Below are positions 1 to 10,976 of a stretch of 20,000 nucleotides of DNA, in pieces. Both the position numbers and the translations under genes were made by a program. The notes beneath the pieces are model-generated. The model did no database searches, was not told where the DNA came from, and worked only from the letters and a program-made list of their open reading frames with translations. The DNA is from Craspedostauros australis (taxonomy: Eukaryota), in contig JALAGF010000799.1 in the NCBI GenBank assembly GCA_030167865.1, forward strand, positions 47,483 through 67,482, given 5' to 3'. Within the stretch, counting starts at the first letter, position 1. Every line of letters begins with the position of its first letter.

Positions 1-474
1 GGTGATGCACGATACGAGGAAGCAGACAGGGACAACGAAGAGGTACTTCTCTCGGTGCCGACAGGCATCGGAGTGCGGGCACAAACCGCGGACAAAGAAC
101 CGAAGCCGGAGGCTGCTCCACCACAACAAGCGGCCATCTGTCAGGGACAGTTAGCATCGAGTGTGCGTGGTTCCTGCGACGTCGTGCTATCGCCGGGATC
201 GCTCTCTTCCCCTGTCCAGTTGGCACCACTTCCGTACTACTCACACGCTACCATCGGCACCACGTCCATCGGTCAGATCGCCTCCGATGAATTCGAGTTG
301 GGTGCTTGCTACCCTTGCTACCGCGTGCGCGATTGGTCAGAACCTATCTTCGTTGGTGGCACAGTCCGCCTGGCCACGTCGACGTGGCCAGACGAGGGCA
401 TGCATTTGATGTTTCCCAACTCAGATGACGCAACTGCATTGCGCATTGCGTCGCAGCGGGCGATCAGCAGTTAG
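1..474 (+). CDS. Possible 3' end of a hypothetical protein gene (open from the window edge)
   Basis: Frame +1 is open from base 1 (GDARYEEADRDNEEVLLSVPTG...) to TAG at 472-474. Composition is protein-like but no family motif was recognised. The track start at 55 is GTG, not a credible eukaryotic start. Confidence 0.3.
   Translation, partial: GDARYEEADRDNEEVLLSVPTGIGVRAQTADKEPKPEAAPPQQAAICQGQLASSVRGSCDVVLSPGSLSSPVQLAPLPYYSHATIGTTSIGQIASDEFELGACYPCYRVRDWSEPIFVGGTVRLATSTWPDEGMHLMFPNSDDATALRIASQRAISS
370..391. repeat. Perfect 22-bp palindrome CTGGCCACGTCGACGTGGCCAG
   Basis: The sequence equals its own reverse complement; the flanking bases (C369/A392) do not extend it. Confidence 0.9.
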
Positions 475-3400
475 CTTCGCCTGTTCTTCGGCGTATCTTT
501 GCACGGAAATCGATGCGGAGGTGCAAGTCTCCGAGACCGTCCGTGTCGATCTTCTCTGGGTATCGCCTCGCTTTGGATCGCGAGTCTTGTCCTCGGGCAG
601 AAGATGCTTCACCATTACCATCTGTTTTTCTTCCCCTGCCTTCACATGAGCGGGAGATGATGTGATGAATGCTGCTGCCATTTCTGTTGAACTTTGGGCG
701 AGTATACAGTAATGTATTGTACATAATATCATACTCGCCCAACGAAGTGAAATGCTCTGCCCGACCAATCAAATCAATAGGAAGCCCGCTACATCAGATC
801 CAAGTTCTACACCATCGTCGAGTGCTCAATGGTCTTGGCATCATGCTGTTGGACGGTGTAACGGTACTGCATGGCAGAGCATAATTGCAGCAAAAGTGGT
901 AGAGCATGCGATGTGCACCAGGCACGGATGACTTGGAAGCACATGCATAGCAGAAAGCTGGCGCCACAGCAATGCTTGAAGTTCGTGAGCGAGGGTCCAA
1001 CCAGGCCGCCGGTTTGGGCGGTGGCATGCATCAAGAGTCGCGAAGAAGCATGTCACTGCAGCCGCTGTATGCTACAAGTATGTGACATCCATCTACGGAT
1101 GCTAGTCGCGCTCTGTATCTCTCGCTGTTGCGTATGGTACCATGCCTCACACCACCGCCTCCTACTGTCGACGAGTTCACTCCATGCAGGAAGGTTGCAT
1201 GTCTTCCAAGCAATCAATCTTCATGCGAGTTCGTGAGTACAAACAGCCACACTCGCCATGCATGGCGCAGACGTTGTATTTGCGACTGAGCAATGCCTCG
1301 CTCTTCGTCTGCCAGTATCATTGGTTGCTTCCTGCACCTCTCTGCAATCGCATTCCGCTCACCACGTGTCTATTGTCATGGAAGTGCCACCAGAGTTCGG
1401 CGACGCGGCTGCTTCCCAAGACAAGACACCACTTCGCGAGCAATCAGAATTGCTCTGCTGCGATTTGATGACCCCGTTGTTGCTTGGTGCCACTCCCTTG
1501 GCATCGTCGGCAGCTGCTTTGTAAGGCGCAGTTTCATCCATGATAATGCGGATGGGCACAGAGCTGGTTCTATCACGTGAGCGATAACCTCGCTCCGTTC
1601 AAATCGTGGCAGCGTCAGGCATAGTCGTAGATGCATAGGTCGTACTCGCGTCGTAGCAGTGCTTCTCGTACCCGAACCAGGGCAAGGAAGCAGCAAAAAC
1701 ACTTTGGCTTGTGATAGTTGGTGGTAATGTCACTGTTGGCGGTGGCGGATGAGTGGGTTGTCTCGCGTGGTTGCATCAACCGGTACGCAGTGGATCGAAC
1801 GGCGTAGTATGGTATGGTATTGATCGACAGAGATTGATGGATTTCATTGTTTCTTGATGGCGTGTTGTGGTGATACATGCGAGTGTGCATGGAGTGGAAT
1901 GAAACCGGAACGCAGATAGGTCGTAATCGTGGAGTGCAGAGTACTATCGTGCTCTTCTCCTTTCCGCCTCGGTTTGTTTTCGTCTGCATGCCGAGGAAAG
2001 CAGAAAACGTGAGCGATTTGCTGCCATTTGCGTCGTCTGTGGGGCATGGAGCACAAGGATGTACTCTATGCAGCACACACATGTATAAAGCACAGTGCGA
2101 GTATGGTACTGTCCATGGTGATGGTGCGATGATGGCGACCCACTCCGCGCTTGAACAACCAATCTCCAGAGGACAGCCAAAGATGCACCTAGTCTGCGTG
2201 TGTGCGAAAAGTCGACGGCAGCTGTCAGGAGTCGAAAACCAGTCTCCATTCAGTCTCCACGACCTTCCTTTGGGGACGCTGTGTTGTGAAGCGCCGCCTT
2301 GCCCCCATGCATGATCGATTACGCCTGTGACAGAATGGAGCGCATTTGGTGAGTGGATCGCCACATGCGGTTTGGTTCCTGTTGTTGGCGTTGCTGTTGT
2401 CGTGTTCTTGATGCCTTGCGCAATGATGAGTGGTTTGTGATGGTGGGGAGAGTGGAGTGTATGAAGAACGACAGATGGCAGATGGTTCTGTCGTGACTGA
2501 AGAATGATGTATTGTCCAATCCCCACTGGGTGACGCACATCAACCCAATTAAGCGTCCACCTTCCACGTTTCTGATAGGCCATTAAGTGAGAGAGTGCCG
2601 TCACGTCTCTGACGAACTTGCGGGAAGAGAAGCTGCCAAATCCTTCGATTCTGCAAACGGAACACACCATGACAGTGGAACCGCTGATTCTGTCGTCATT
2701 TTATCATCCCCGCCTGCGTGTTGCCAGAATTCGCTTCTTCGTCGATTCTTGATGGTGTTCCGCCTCTCGTTTTTCCATTGCCTCGCAAACTCCTCTGCGA
2801 TTGTCCAAGAATGGTTGGTTGCTTTTATCGGTACTCCTGCGACATGTCCGCGTAGCAGTGATGAAGGCCGGAACGCCATTCGGTACTCCTGGCTGACGAA
2901 CAATGCAAACCTCCTCCCGAAACGCAGATCAAGCCAGAAGCGCTGAAGTGCAATTCATCTTTTGTCTGCTGCCCACCTGATGGGTGCAACGCCAATCGCT
3001 CTGCTCCTGGCTGCCCAGTCGACGTTCGACCCAGCAGGCCTCGTTTTCATCGGCCGGTTGATTGGCAAAATTGACACATCTCTCCGTTCGTCCCGCAAAG
3101 CACACGACATGTGGTCATCCTTCCACAACCCTGGACGGTGACTGCAACCCTCAATCGCAACTTCAGCACACTCCAAAAAAGCTGCAATAGCCGATGCACG
3201 CAAAGAGCTGAACACTCCGCCAGAACCTCTGCCCTCCTCTCTTGATCGTGCACGAGCACATACCGCATACCCACATCACCACTGTATTATGGCTTGCTCC
3301 TCTCGCGAGACAATCCACATCAACTCCACCCGACTTGTCTTCATTGCTCCCTTCTTCGATCTTGAAGGCTTGATTGTTCGACTGTCATCGCAGATCATCC

Positions 3401-3481
3401 ATCGCACACACAACGACGAGAATCGCTTCGATTTCCATTCTTGTGCCACCAACAGAAGCAGCAGCACCACCACAAACACCC

Positions 3482-3571
3482 GCCGACACCGACGCCAACA
3501 CCGACGCCGACAATAGTATCGACACCAGTATCGACAACAGCAACTCCAACTCTGACAGCGACACCGATAAC
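3482..3571 (+). repeat. Degenerate 6/12-bp periodic repeat (GCCGAC/ACCGAC/ATCGAC...)
   Basis: gccgac accgac gccaac accgac gccgac aatagt atcgac accagt atcgac aacagc... Confidence 0.75.
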
Positions 3572-3604
3572 AAGAGCACCACCAGCGGCGAGATCGACGG
3601 TTGA

Positions 3605-3640
3605 TTCCTTCCTTCCTTCCTTCCTTCCTTCCTTCCTTCC
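3605..3640 (+). repeat. (TTCC)9 microsatellite
   Basis: Nine perfect TTCC units followed by TTCG TTCG. Confidence 0.95.
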
Positions 3641-4151
3641 TTCGTTCGTTGCACATCCACTGCGTTTGCCGACGCCTGCAGGGAAGCGCGCGGATTGAGA
3701 AAGCGACTCGCAAGAACGTGAACAATCCAATCGATCACGCGCTCAAGCTCTCCAACTTCGGCACAGAGCGCGAATTCTTCCGCGTGGTCCCAGCTGCTGC
3801 CGTGGATCGACCGACAACCTGCTTCCGTTCAAGTATCCGTGCGGCCGTATCCATATCGGCATCGATATTGACATCCAAATCAGCAATTCTCGACATCGCT
3901 CCACGTTGTTCAAAGGTACCTTGGTGACCCCTTTCGGTAGAAGAGGCCCGCTGCCAACAACGTCACATTGTTGCACACAAGACGACGGCGACGAAGTCAA
4001 GTCACCGTCACTCAATATTGAGAAAGAAAAACGGCGCCAAGACGACGATCCAAAGGACGAATCGTCGTTGTATTGGCTGTCGTGGTTGCTGCCGCCGCGG
4101 AGCCGTCAAGCCCGCAAGGAAAGACGTAGTCGTCCAATTCCATCTGGCTTG

Positions 4152-7100
4152 ATGTCAAGTTCGGCAGCACCCAGCACGAGACCTGTGCCTGAGGACCCCG
4201 CCGTCGTCGATGACTCCATCCGCCAACTGGACCGCGTCTTGCAGATGATGCGCCCCGACGAAACAGCCGCGTACAACTTGGCATGCCATGCATCGCCGCA
4301 TCTCATCACAAGCCGCTCACTTCGACTGCAGTTCTTGAGAGCAGAGGCATTCCAGCCCGGACTCGCGGCTCATCGATTAACGCAGTACTTCTCGACGGTC
4401 CAGAAAATGTTCGGCACGGAGCTGCTGGGACAGGAGCTTCGCCTTTCGCACCTCACGCCATCTGATATGAACATACTTCGGAATGGTGCCATCCAACAGC
4501 TCAGCCAGAAAGATATCGCGGGCTGCCCGCTGTTGTTTCACCATGACACTTGCCGTCGAACACAACCGGAAACCTTGGTAAGTGCTCTCGAAGCATAAAT
4601 TGCCTGACGCTCTCACGATTTTGATCAAGCAATCTTGCCACGTGACACCATCATTGCGCTAGGCTGCCACTCCATGCCATGCCAACGCGAGCTATCTTGC
4701 TCATACCCATGCAACGAAACCGCGCATATTCTCATCGCCACTTTGCCCTTTTTGTCGCGAACCCCTTTCTACGCTCAATGTGGATGCCATGTGAACACCA
4801 TGTGGACTTCTTGCTTGAACCTTCCATGATGGTACGCGAACTCTTGCGCCAACGTATGCACACCACCACGACGGCCCACCTCGGATTCTGCATCCCTCTC
4901 CGTCAACGGATGTGTTCATCGTGTATCGTGGCCTTCCGCTTGTTCGTCCACGTAGCTGAAAATCGCCCTGTACATCGTGGATGTCATATCCAGAGACACC
5001 CGAGTCCAAAAGTCAGGTATCGTTCGTATTTGCTACGATGTCACCACAGATGACAATGGTCCCGCGGGACGATTGGGAGGAGCTCACTTCGATCAACTTC
5101 ATGGTACTCAACGTCCCAACAGCGACATCAACTACCAGCTCTTCTTGGGTTTGGAAGAATTCTTCAGATTCGCCGCGCCTGTTCGAGTTGAACGGCACCA
5201 TCTCATCCAAGACACCGAAACGTACACGCATCGTCCCACTCTCAATATGTTCAAGAAGATCCTCTCCAAGGATGCGCAGCGACGATTTTCCTTTCATCTC
5301 AGTAAGTGCCACTCAGTGCGATGCCAAATCCAATGCTCTCACATTGATCAGCGAGATGGGCGCAGCTGCCTCTGGTACGCTCCCTTTCTGATCTGCTCAG
5401 TCTGAGAAGGAACCACGACTGTGATAGGCATGATGCTTTGGTCGCTTCCATGCGTCACGTCGATGTACTCCATGTTGATGTACTTCGTGCGCATTGCAAA
5501 AGCCGAATTCCAGACTCTCCGAAAGCCGGCAAACGGAACGGCCGATGCTCTCGTCCATGTCCCCCACGATGTCTTCCCAAGCATTGCTTGTTGTTTGTAT
5601 GCCTCTTGCTGACTGCGAATTGATGCGATGGGTTGCCTGGAAGATGAGAGACGGCGTTACGAATGTCATGATGCCAATCCTCTTTGATGTTGCCACGTGG
5701 TTGAGTATATTGATGTTCACATAGACACTCACCCGTTCGTTCATCTTTTCACGCGATTCGGCGACGCGTCTGTCTTGTTCTTCAATGTGGCCGCATATGT
5801 GTGCACGTAAATGTACCTTGTGACCTCTGCCATTTCGGTCTGCCTTGATCGACTCTGATGATCTTGAACGACCCCCGTCAACCACCTCTCAAACTCTCAG
5901 TATCCGCACAAGGCGTGACGCCAAGTCTTGAAACGCATGGCATACAAATGTCATGCCTGCCCCTCGACACCCATCAACGTGTGAACACTGCGCAGCACCT
6001 TCAGTGGATCACGAGCAGGCAGATGACGGAACAGACAGATCTTGAGGATGCGAGCCAATTCATCCATCACAGGTTCGTCTCGTTTCCATCGTATGCGTCT
6101 GCGCAGACCTCGAGGGCATCCGCATCCGCACCGGCGTTCGCAACCGCAACCGCCGCTTCGCCTGGGTTGGCTGGGGATACCTCGTTGGACGCTCCAATCA
6201 GCTCCATCGTCAATGACCCGCAATCGTATTCCCAGGGTGGGCATGCCCGCTCGCAGCCAACGCGGGATCTCAGAGTGGATAGCCCGGAGTCGAAGCTCGA
6301 AGTTCCGTCGCAGATACCTACGATGAAGACCATGCCAGCATTGCTCGCATTAGACTACGACTCGGAGGTACTGTCTGAGTATCAGTGCCTGCTGCGCCAT
6401 CAAATAGAAGTATTTGTGGCCCAAGAGAACGACATTGAACCGATGACCGTCAAGCAGTCCAGGGTCATCGAGCTTGGGCAGGTGGGATTGCGCTGTAAGC
6501 ACTGCGTTGACGACGAGGAGAAAGCTCCCGGTTCTGTCTACTTTCCAGGTAAGCGTGTCGTGATGTGGCGGATGGGTGCTATACCTGCACACGGCGAAGC
6601 GATGAGTTGTTTTCGGCTTGCCGCACGTGCGTAGTGGGTTGGTGGGATGCGTTTGCTCTCTTTGGGGTACAGATGCTCGCGCGGTACGACTGGAATGAAC
6701 GCCCGACATCTGGTGCATTCACATTCGCTGTGCCACTTAGTGTGGTGCAGTCTTGGGACGATGCCGCTACATCGAGCGGCGTTGCTTATGGATGATTGCA
6801 CGGACGGGTCACATCGTGGACATGTATCGCGATTGATTGCCGACTCACGACTCTGTTCTGCCGTGCTCTGCCCTTGTTTCATGTCCATGACGTCGGTTAC
6901 GATGACAACCGTGGCGGGCGTTGCGTGGATGTCCTTCGTTGGCGTGTGGGACGTCGGCTGTTGAAAACCTGCGTTCATGCAAAATGCCCTGATGTTCAGG
7001 TTCTCTCGGCATGCTCTATCAGGCCGCCCAGAACCTGGCGAAGAATCATATCTGCAATCCAACAAATGGATGCAAGTCCATACCGAGCGACACCAAGGCA

Positions 7101-7280
7101 AAGCTCAGCCAGCTCCGAGCAGACAAGCGCCGTGCGGCGTCTGGGAAGGAGTATTGGAAGAACACAGCGGTGAAGGTGTTTGGGATCTACCAGCACAGCA
7201 AGGCCCTTTGGCTCCGGCAGCAGCGCTCAGCCCAAGCCCACCCGAGATCACCAGCCGCGGCTTCTGTAGATCAATCGTAA
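4152..7280 (+). CDS. CRAL-TRIO/Sec14-like domain protein with C-terminal CxxC-containing domain; join(4152..4577,4956..5301,5901..6548,7000..7280), ~566 aa
   Basis: Exon 1 reads AYNLACHASPHLI..LRLQFLRAEAFQPGLAAHRLTQYF..LSQKDIAGCPLL, resembling CRAL-TRIO N-terminal 'FLRA..F....A..RL..Y' and 'D..GR.V' motifs. Exon 2 has LKIALYIV..VQKSGIVRICYD..PVRVERHH..RRFSFH. Exon 3 has LSEYQCLLRHQIEVF..GQVGLRCKHC..SVYFP, and exon 4 has LYQAAQN..GKEYW. Donors GTAAGT 4578, GTAAGT 5302, GTAAGC 6549 and acceptors TAG 4955, CAG 5900, CAG 6999 give matching phases 0,1,1. The start (first in-frame ATG; frame open from 3906) and the exact end are less certain. Confidence 0.8.
4578..4955 (+). other. Intron 1 (378 nt, phase 0) of CRAL-TRIO-like gene
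   Basis: GTAAGT...CACGTAG; joins PETL|LKIALY. Confidence 0.8.
5302..5900 (+). other. Intron 2 (599 nt, phase 1) of CRAL-TRIO-like gene
   Basis: GTAAGT...CTCTCAG; joins FSFHL-I-SAQGV. Confidence 0.7.
6549..6999 (+). other. Intron 3 (451 nt, phase 1) of CRAL-TRIO-like gene
   Basis: GTAAGC...GTTCAG; joins VYFP-G-SLGMLYQAAQN. Confidence 0.8.
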
Positions 7281-7866
7281 GTGGGCATGGGGTACGGGGT
7301 ATGGAGTACGGGATACAGTGTCCACAGACACATACGCACACGCCACGAGGCCAGAGAGCGCGTGTGCATGTGGGTGTGTATGGATGGAGGTGCGGTAGTG
7401 CTGGCTCTTCGATTTGCCAGTGAGATGGTTCGGCGATGCAGCAGTCAGTTGATGAGGGGGCGGGAGTGTCGTGAGAGAAGGGATCACGTCGTGATCCATC
7501 TTCCACGACGTGCACCTGGCGGCGATGAGCGACGGTGCGATGTTGTGGCAAGAGCGTTCGGTGCGAAGCTCGGAAGTATTTCCATCAGTCGGTGCAGCCA
7601 TCGCGGACAGCCCTTGTTATTGTCGCATGGCGAGTGCGAGTGATCACCCACGCTCTGCAGGAGCACGAATCGGGTCGCTATGGCAGCGACGACGACGGCA
7701 TTGTCGGAATGGAAGCCGACAACGCTTGCGCTGGCAGAAGGAAGGAAATGCGTGGCGCCGACTCGTGGCGACAAAGCAGGATGACAGTGCGCATCCAAGA
7801 TGCCTCGCCATTGCCCTCTCTTGCATCCTGAGCTGGTCTGGCCTGGCGTGGGCCCACCATCACATT

Positions 7867-7888
7867 TCTCTCTCTCTCTCTCTCTCTC
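7867..7888 (+). repeat. (TC)11 microsatellite
   Basis: Direct reading. Confidence 0.95.
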
Positions 7889-9880
7889 CTCCCTTTCGTT
7901 CCATGTCCGAAGCATCCACCGCACTATGGAGGTATTCAGCCTGTTGGTAGCAGCATCCGTATCTTGATGAAGTGTGAGGAAACGCCTGGATTATCAGCAG
8001 CTTCGGGAAGATGTGCGGGAAGGAAGGGCAACGGAGGTGGCCTTGTGGACAACGAGACAAAGCACCGCGCTGACCACCCACAATTAGGTGTGTCCTCACA
8101 TGTCAATGTTCGGGAGGAAGCCGTCTGCAGGAACTCACTCTGTTTGTGTGGACGGAAGCGAGGTCAGGTGATGCAACACGCAGAAGGGGGAGACGTTGGG
8201 TTAGTAGAGGCCCGCTTGAGGTTTGGATCAGCGCGTTTAAGAATTGGATCACGCAGCGCTGAAGGCGCCAGATGTCGACTGCCATCGGTCATCATGCTGA
8301 CGCTCTGGGGAGGGCACAACCATCATCTCGCTGGATGTGACACGGCAGACGTGAATTTCGTGGCCAGACCACCGCAACCTCGAGCGGCCGCAAACAGTCA
8401 TGGGCTGTTACTGCGTGGTATCGATGACTCCCAACGGCAGCTGCCCGCAATGACCCTCGCTCCTCTCATTGCGATGGTGCGCAATACCTATCGGCCGCGC
8501 ACGGGCATTTTTCTTCCACCTGAGACTCTGTCTGCGGCAGATAACCATCAATCGCCATGACGCAAAAGGAAGCAACCAAAAGACATGTGGCGCGGCACCT
8601 TTGAGGCCCCAGCGCTGGTGGGATGGTTAGCATTCGTGAAGTCTTCGTGTGCCCATAGAGATGGCGTAGAGTAATGTAGTGAAGTGAAATTGGGGCTTCG
8701 GACCGCAGGCTGGGTGCACGCTTCTTCCAGAATCGACGGCAAGCTTTCGGTGCTGGGGAGGCAACTCGCGAGATGATGAGCTGCTGCCAGAGGGTAGAGA
8801 TCCATGAGAATCCTCACCAACAACCTGATCGATGACCCCCTCCTCTTTTGCTGTTTTGTGTGTGGCGTTGACACGCATACCAATACACACACTTGCTGCT
8901 GCTTTCGGTCACACGGGTGGTCATCTGGTTGATGTCATGTGATGTGAGATGACGTCTGATGCTTTTTCAAGGACTGCGTGCTGCACAACATGCACGGGAG
9001 CTCCGACGACACCCACAACCACAAGAGGAAGCGAAAGCAGGAAGAATTCCGCCACTCAGCCGAGGCGCGTACTTCGTCATTACCGTGTTCTGTCCTTCTC
9101 TGCAAGAATAGAAGTCTCCTCTGGGCTGCTCCGCCACGAAGATCAATCGCATCTGTTGTCACCACCGCTCCCGAACAGCGCTGTGGTCGCTTCTGCGTTG
9201 TCGCTGCTGCCCGTACGTTTCGCATCAGGCTCGTCATGGCGCGATTGTGTCAAAGCAGCTGAGCCGAAGTGTTCCGGTTCTGATGCGACAGAACCAGAAC
9301 CCAAAGCAATCCTCCATCCTTGTCGGGGCACAGCAACACGAACGCACAACTCCGATTCTGGTAGCGACAACCAAGTGCAGCCTCTCTTCGGCAACAGCGA
9401 AGCGACACCTGGGGAAGGAGCCAAAAACCGCTGTAAACACGCAGGTGCATGTTCGCGCTTTCGGGGAAATGCTCGGAGAACAACCTCATCGAATGGTCCA
9501 CTTAAGCGTCACTGGAACGGCGTGTTCGCCAAAACGCAAACATGCTGATGTGTTGCACAAGAAGAAGCTGCACAGAATGGGTTCGGAAACAGCATAAAAT
9601 AGGAACGTGATTTGTTTTGCATTTGTCGACTTCACATACTACATACGAAGCTAGGAATCGATGTTGGACGAGTAATAGCTCGTACGTGCACATCTCTCTG
9701 ATCTCTCTTTCTCTGTGAGCAAGTCGAGAACGCAATGCGAATAAAAGAAGTGGAATGGGACAGCAAATGATCAATGTAGAGCACTTCAATCTTAGCATAC
9801 TTCGGAGCGCTACATGTGAGTACTCTTTTCTGGATTGGAGCAAACCAAACCAACACATAGCACTGTTGGTCGAGCTGCGT

Positions 9881-10918
9881 TCACGCTCGCTGGGCCTTCA
9901 GGATGTGCGAGTACACGGCCACGGGCTTGGATGGTTCATCGAAAAACATGGCATCCTGCGGGTCCAGGTAGGCGGCCGTGAGCAAATTTCCCTTGAGGTC
10001 GCCGCCGTCCGGTGAATCCGGATCTCTCCTCCATGTCCAAAAGTGCGCGTAGTTGCCGACGACTTGGCGTGGCACGCCCACCTCTGTGCCGGTTCCGAAT
10101 GTCACCTGGCGGATGTGCTCGCTGCATACAAACACCCCTGTCGATTCCACCATCTCGGACTCTCGGGCGTTGCAAAACAGCTCGATGCGTTCTGCATTTC
10201 GGGTGCGGTAGTCGACAAAGTCGATCGACAGGCGATTTGGGTTGGCCTTTGCATTGTAGGCAATGTCTTTGACTGCCTTGTATCCCAAGTTGGTGTCGAT
10301 CTGACTCCGTAACGTCGAGCCTCGATCTTCCAGCCCGGTGCGTGGATCGATCGACATTTGGTACGTCACGTCCTTGCCGACATCGCTGAACGCGGCTATG
10401 GAGCACTTCTGAAAGCCAGGGATGATGGCATTTGACACGATCTTGTCGCGGGGAATGCGCTTGGAGGGGAAGAGGAAGCCACCGAACGTGGTCTGAACGT
10501 TCCATGTGCCGCGCAGGAATTCGGGATACGTCTGAGCGGCTGGCGGGATGTTGAAGATGGAATTGGAGAGCCGAGAAGGATCCCTTTCCGCCAGACGCGC
10601 GGCCAATCCGTTGGAGCTTCCTTGCGTTGTGATTGCGGCACTTGCTGTCTCAGTCGGTACAATCAACCCACCTGCGGTGACGATGCCTCCAACAGCCCCG
10701 AAGTTGTGAAGGACGCCGCGTCGGGTTTGGCCGGTTTGATTCTGCGATGGGGTTGTGGCGCCAAGAGCTACCGCTCGCCGATCCCGCAAGGCGTCCGCCG
10801 ATGTACTACCGCATGTTGTCTGCGGGGCAAATGACGAGACGTGAGGAATCGTGGAGATGCACAGCAGTGCCGCCAGAAACATGGAGCGAAGAGTCATGAC
10901 CGCATGTATTGATACCAT
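9881..10918 (-). CDS. DUF6816-like protein, predicted plastid thylakoid-lumen targeted (345 aa)
   Basis: Intronless ORF. A hydrophobic signal peptide ends VSS-FAP (ASAFAP type, F30), followed by a transit peptide, then TRRGVL, a hydrophobic stretch and ASA (Tat-like). The mature part has YPEFLRGTW, NPNRLSI, SEHIRQ and TAAYLDPQDAMFF..KPVAVY, which match my recollection of the cyanobacterial/algal DUF6816 family. Confidence 0.85.
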   Translation of the reverse strand: MVSIHAVMTLRSMFLAALLCISTIPHVSSFAPQTTCGSTSADALRDRRAVALGATTPSQNQTGQTRRGVLHNFGAVGGIVTAGGLIVPTETASAAITTQGSSNGLAARLAERDPSRLSNSIFNIPPAAQTYPEFLRGTWNVQTTFGGFLFPSKRIPRDKIVSNAIIPGFQKCSIAAFSDVGKDVTYQMSIDPRTGLEDRGSTLRSQIDTNLGYKAVKDIAYNAKANPNRLSIDFVDYRTRNAERIELFCNARESEMVESTGVFVCSEHIRQVTFGTGTEVGVPRQVVGNYAHFWTWRRDPDSPDGGDLKGNLLTAAYLDPQDAMFFDEPSKPVAVYSHILKAQRA

Positions 10919-10958
10919 GACTTCTTGAGATGTTTCCGCTCGTTTTGCTGATGGACAC

Positions 10959-10976
10959 CTCTCTCTCTCTCTCTCT
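10959..10976 (+). repeat. (CT)9 microsatellite, 41 nt upstream of the DUF6816-like start
   Basis: Direct reading; a further (CT)7 lies at 11442-11455. Confidence 0.9.

Noticed and set aside
1615..2670. 351-aa minus-strand ORF
   Set aside because: His/Thr/Cys-rich composition typical of translated noncoding DNA, with no motifs; not supported as a gene.
3482..3650. CRISPR-like or telomeric array
   Set aside because: Units are 4-12 bp tandem repeats with no spacers and do not match TTAGGG.
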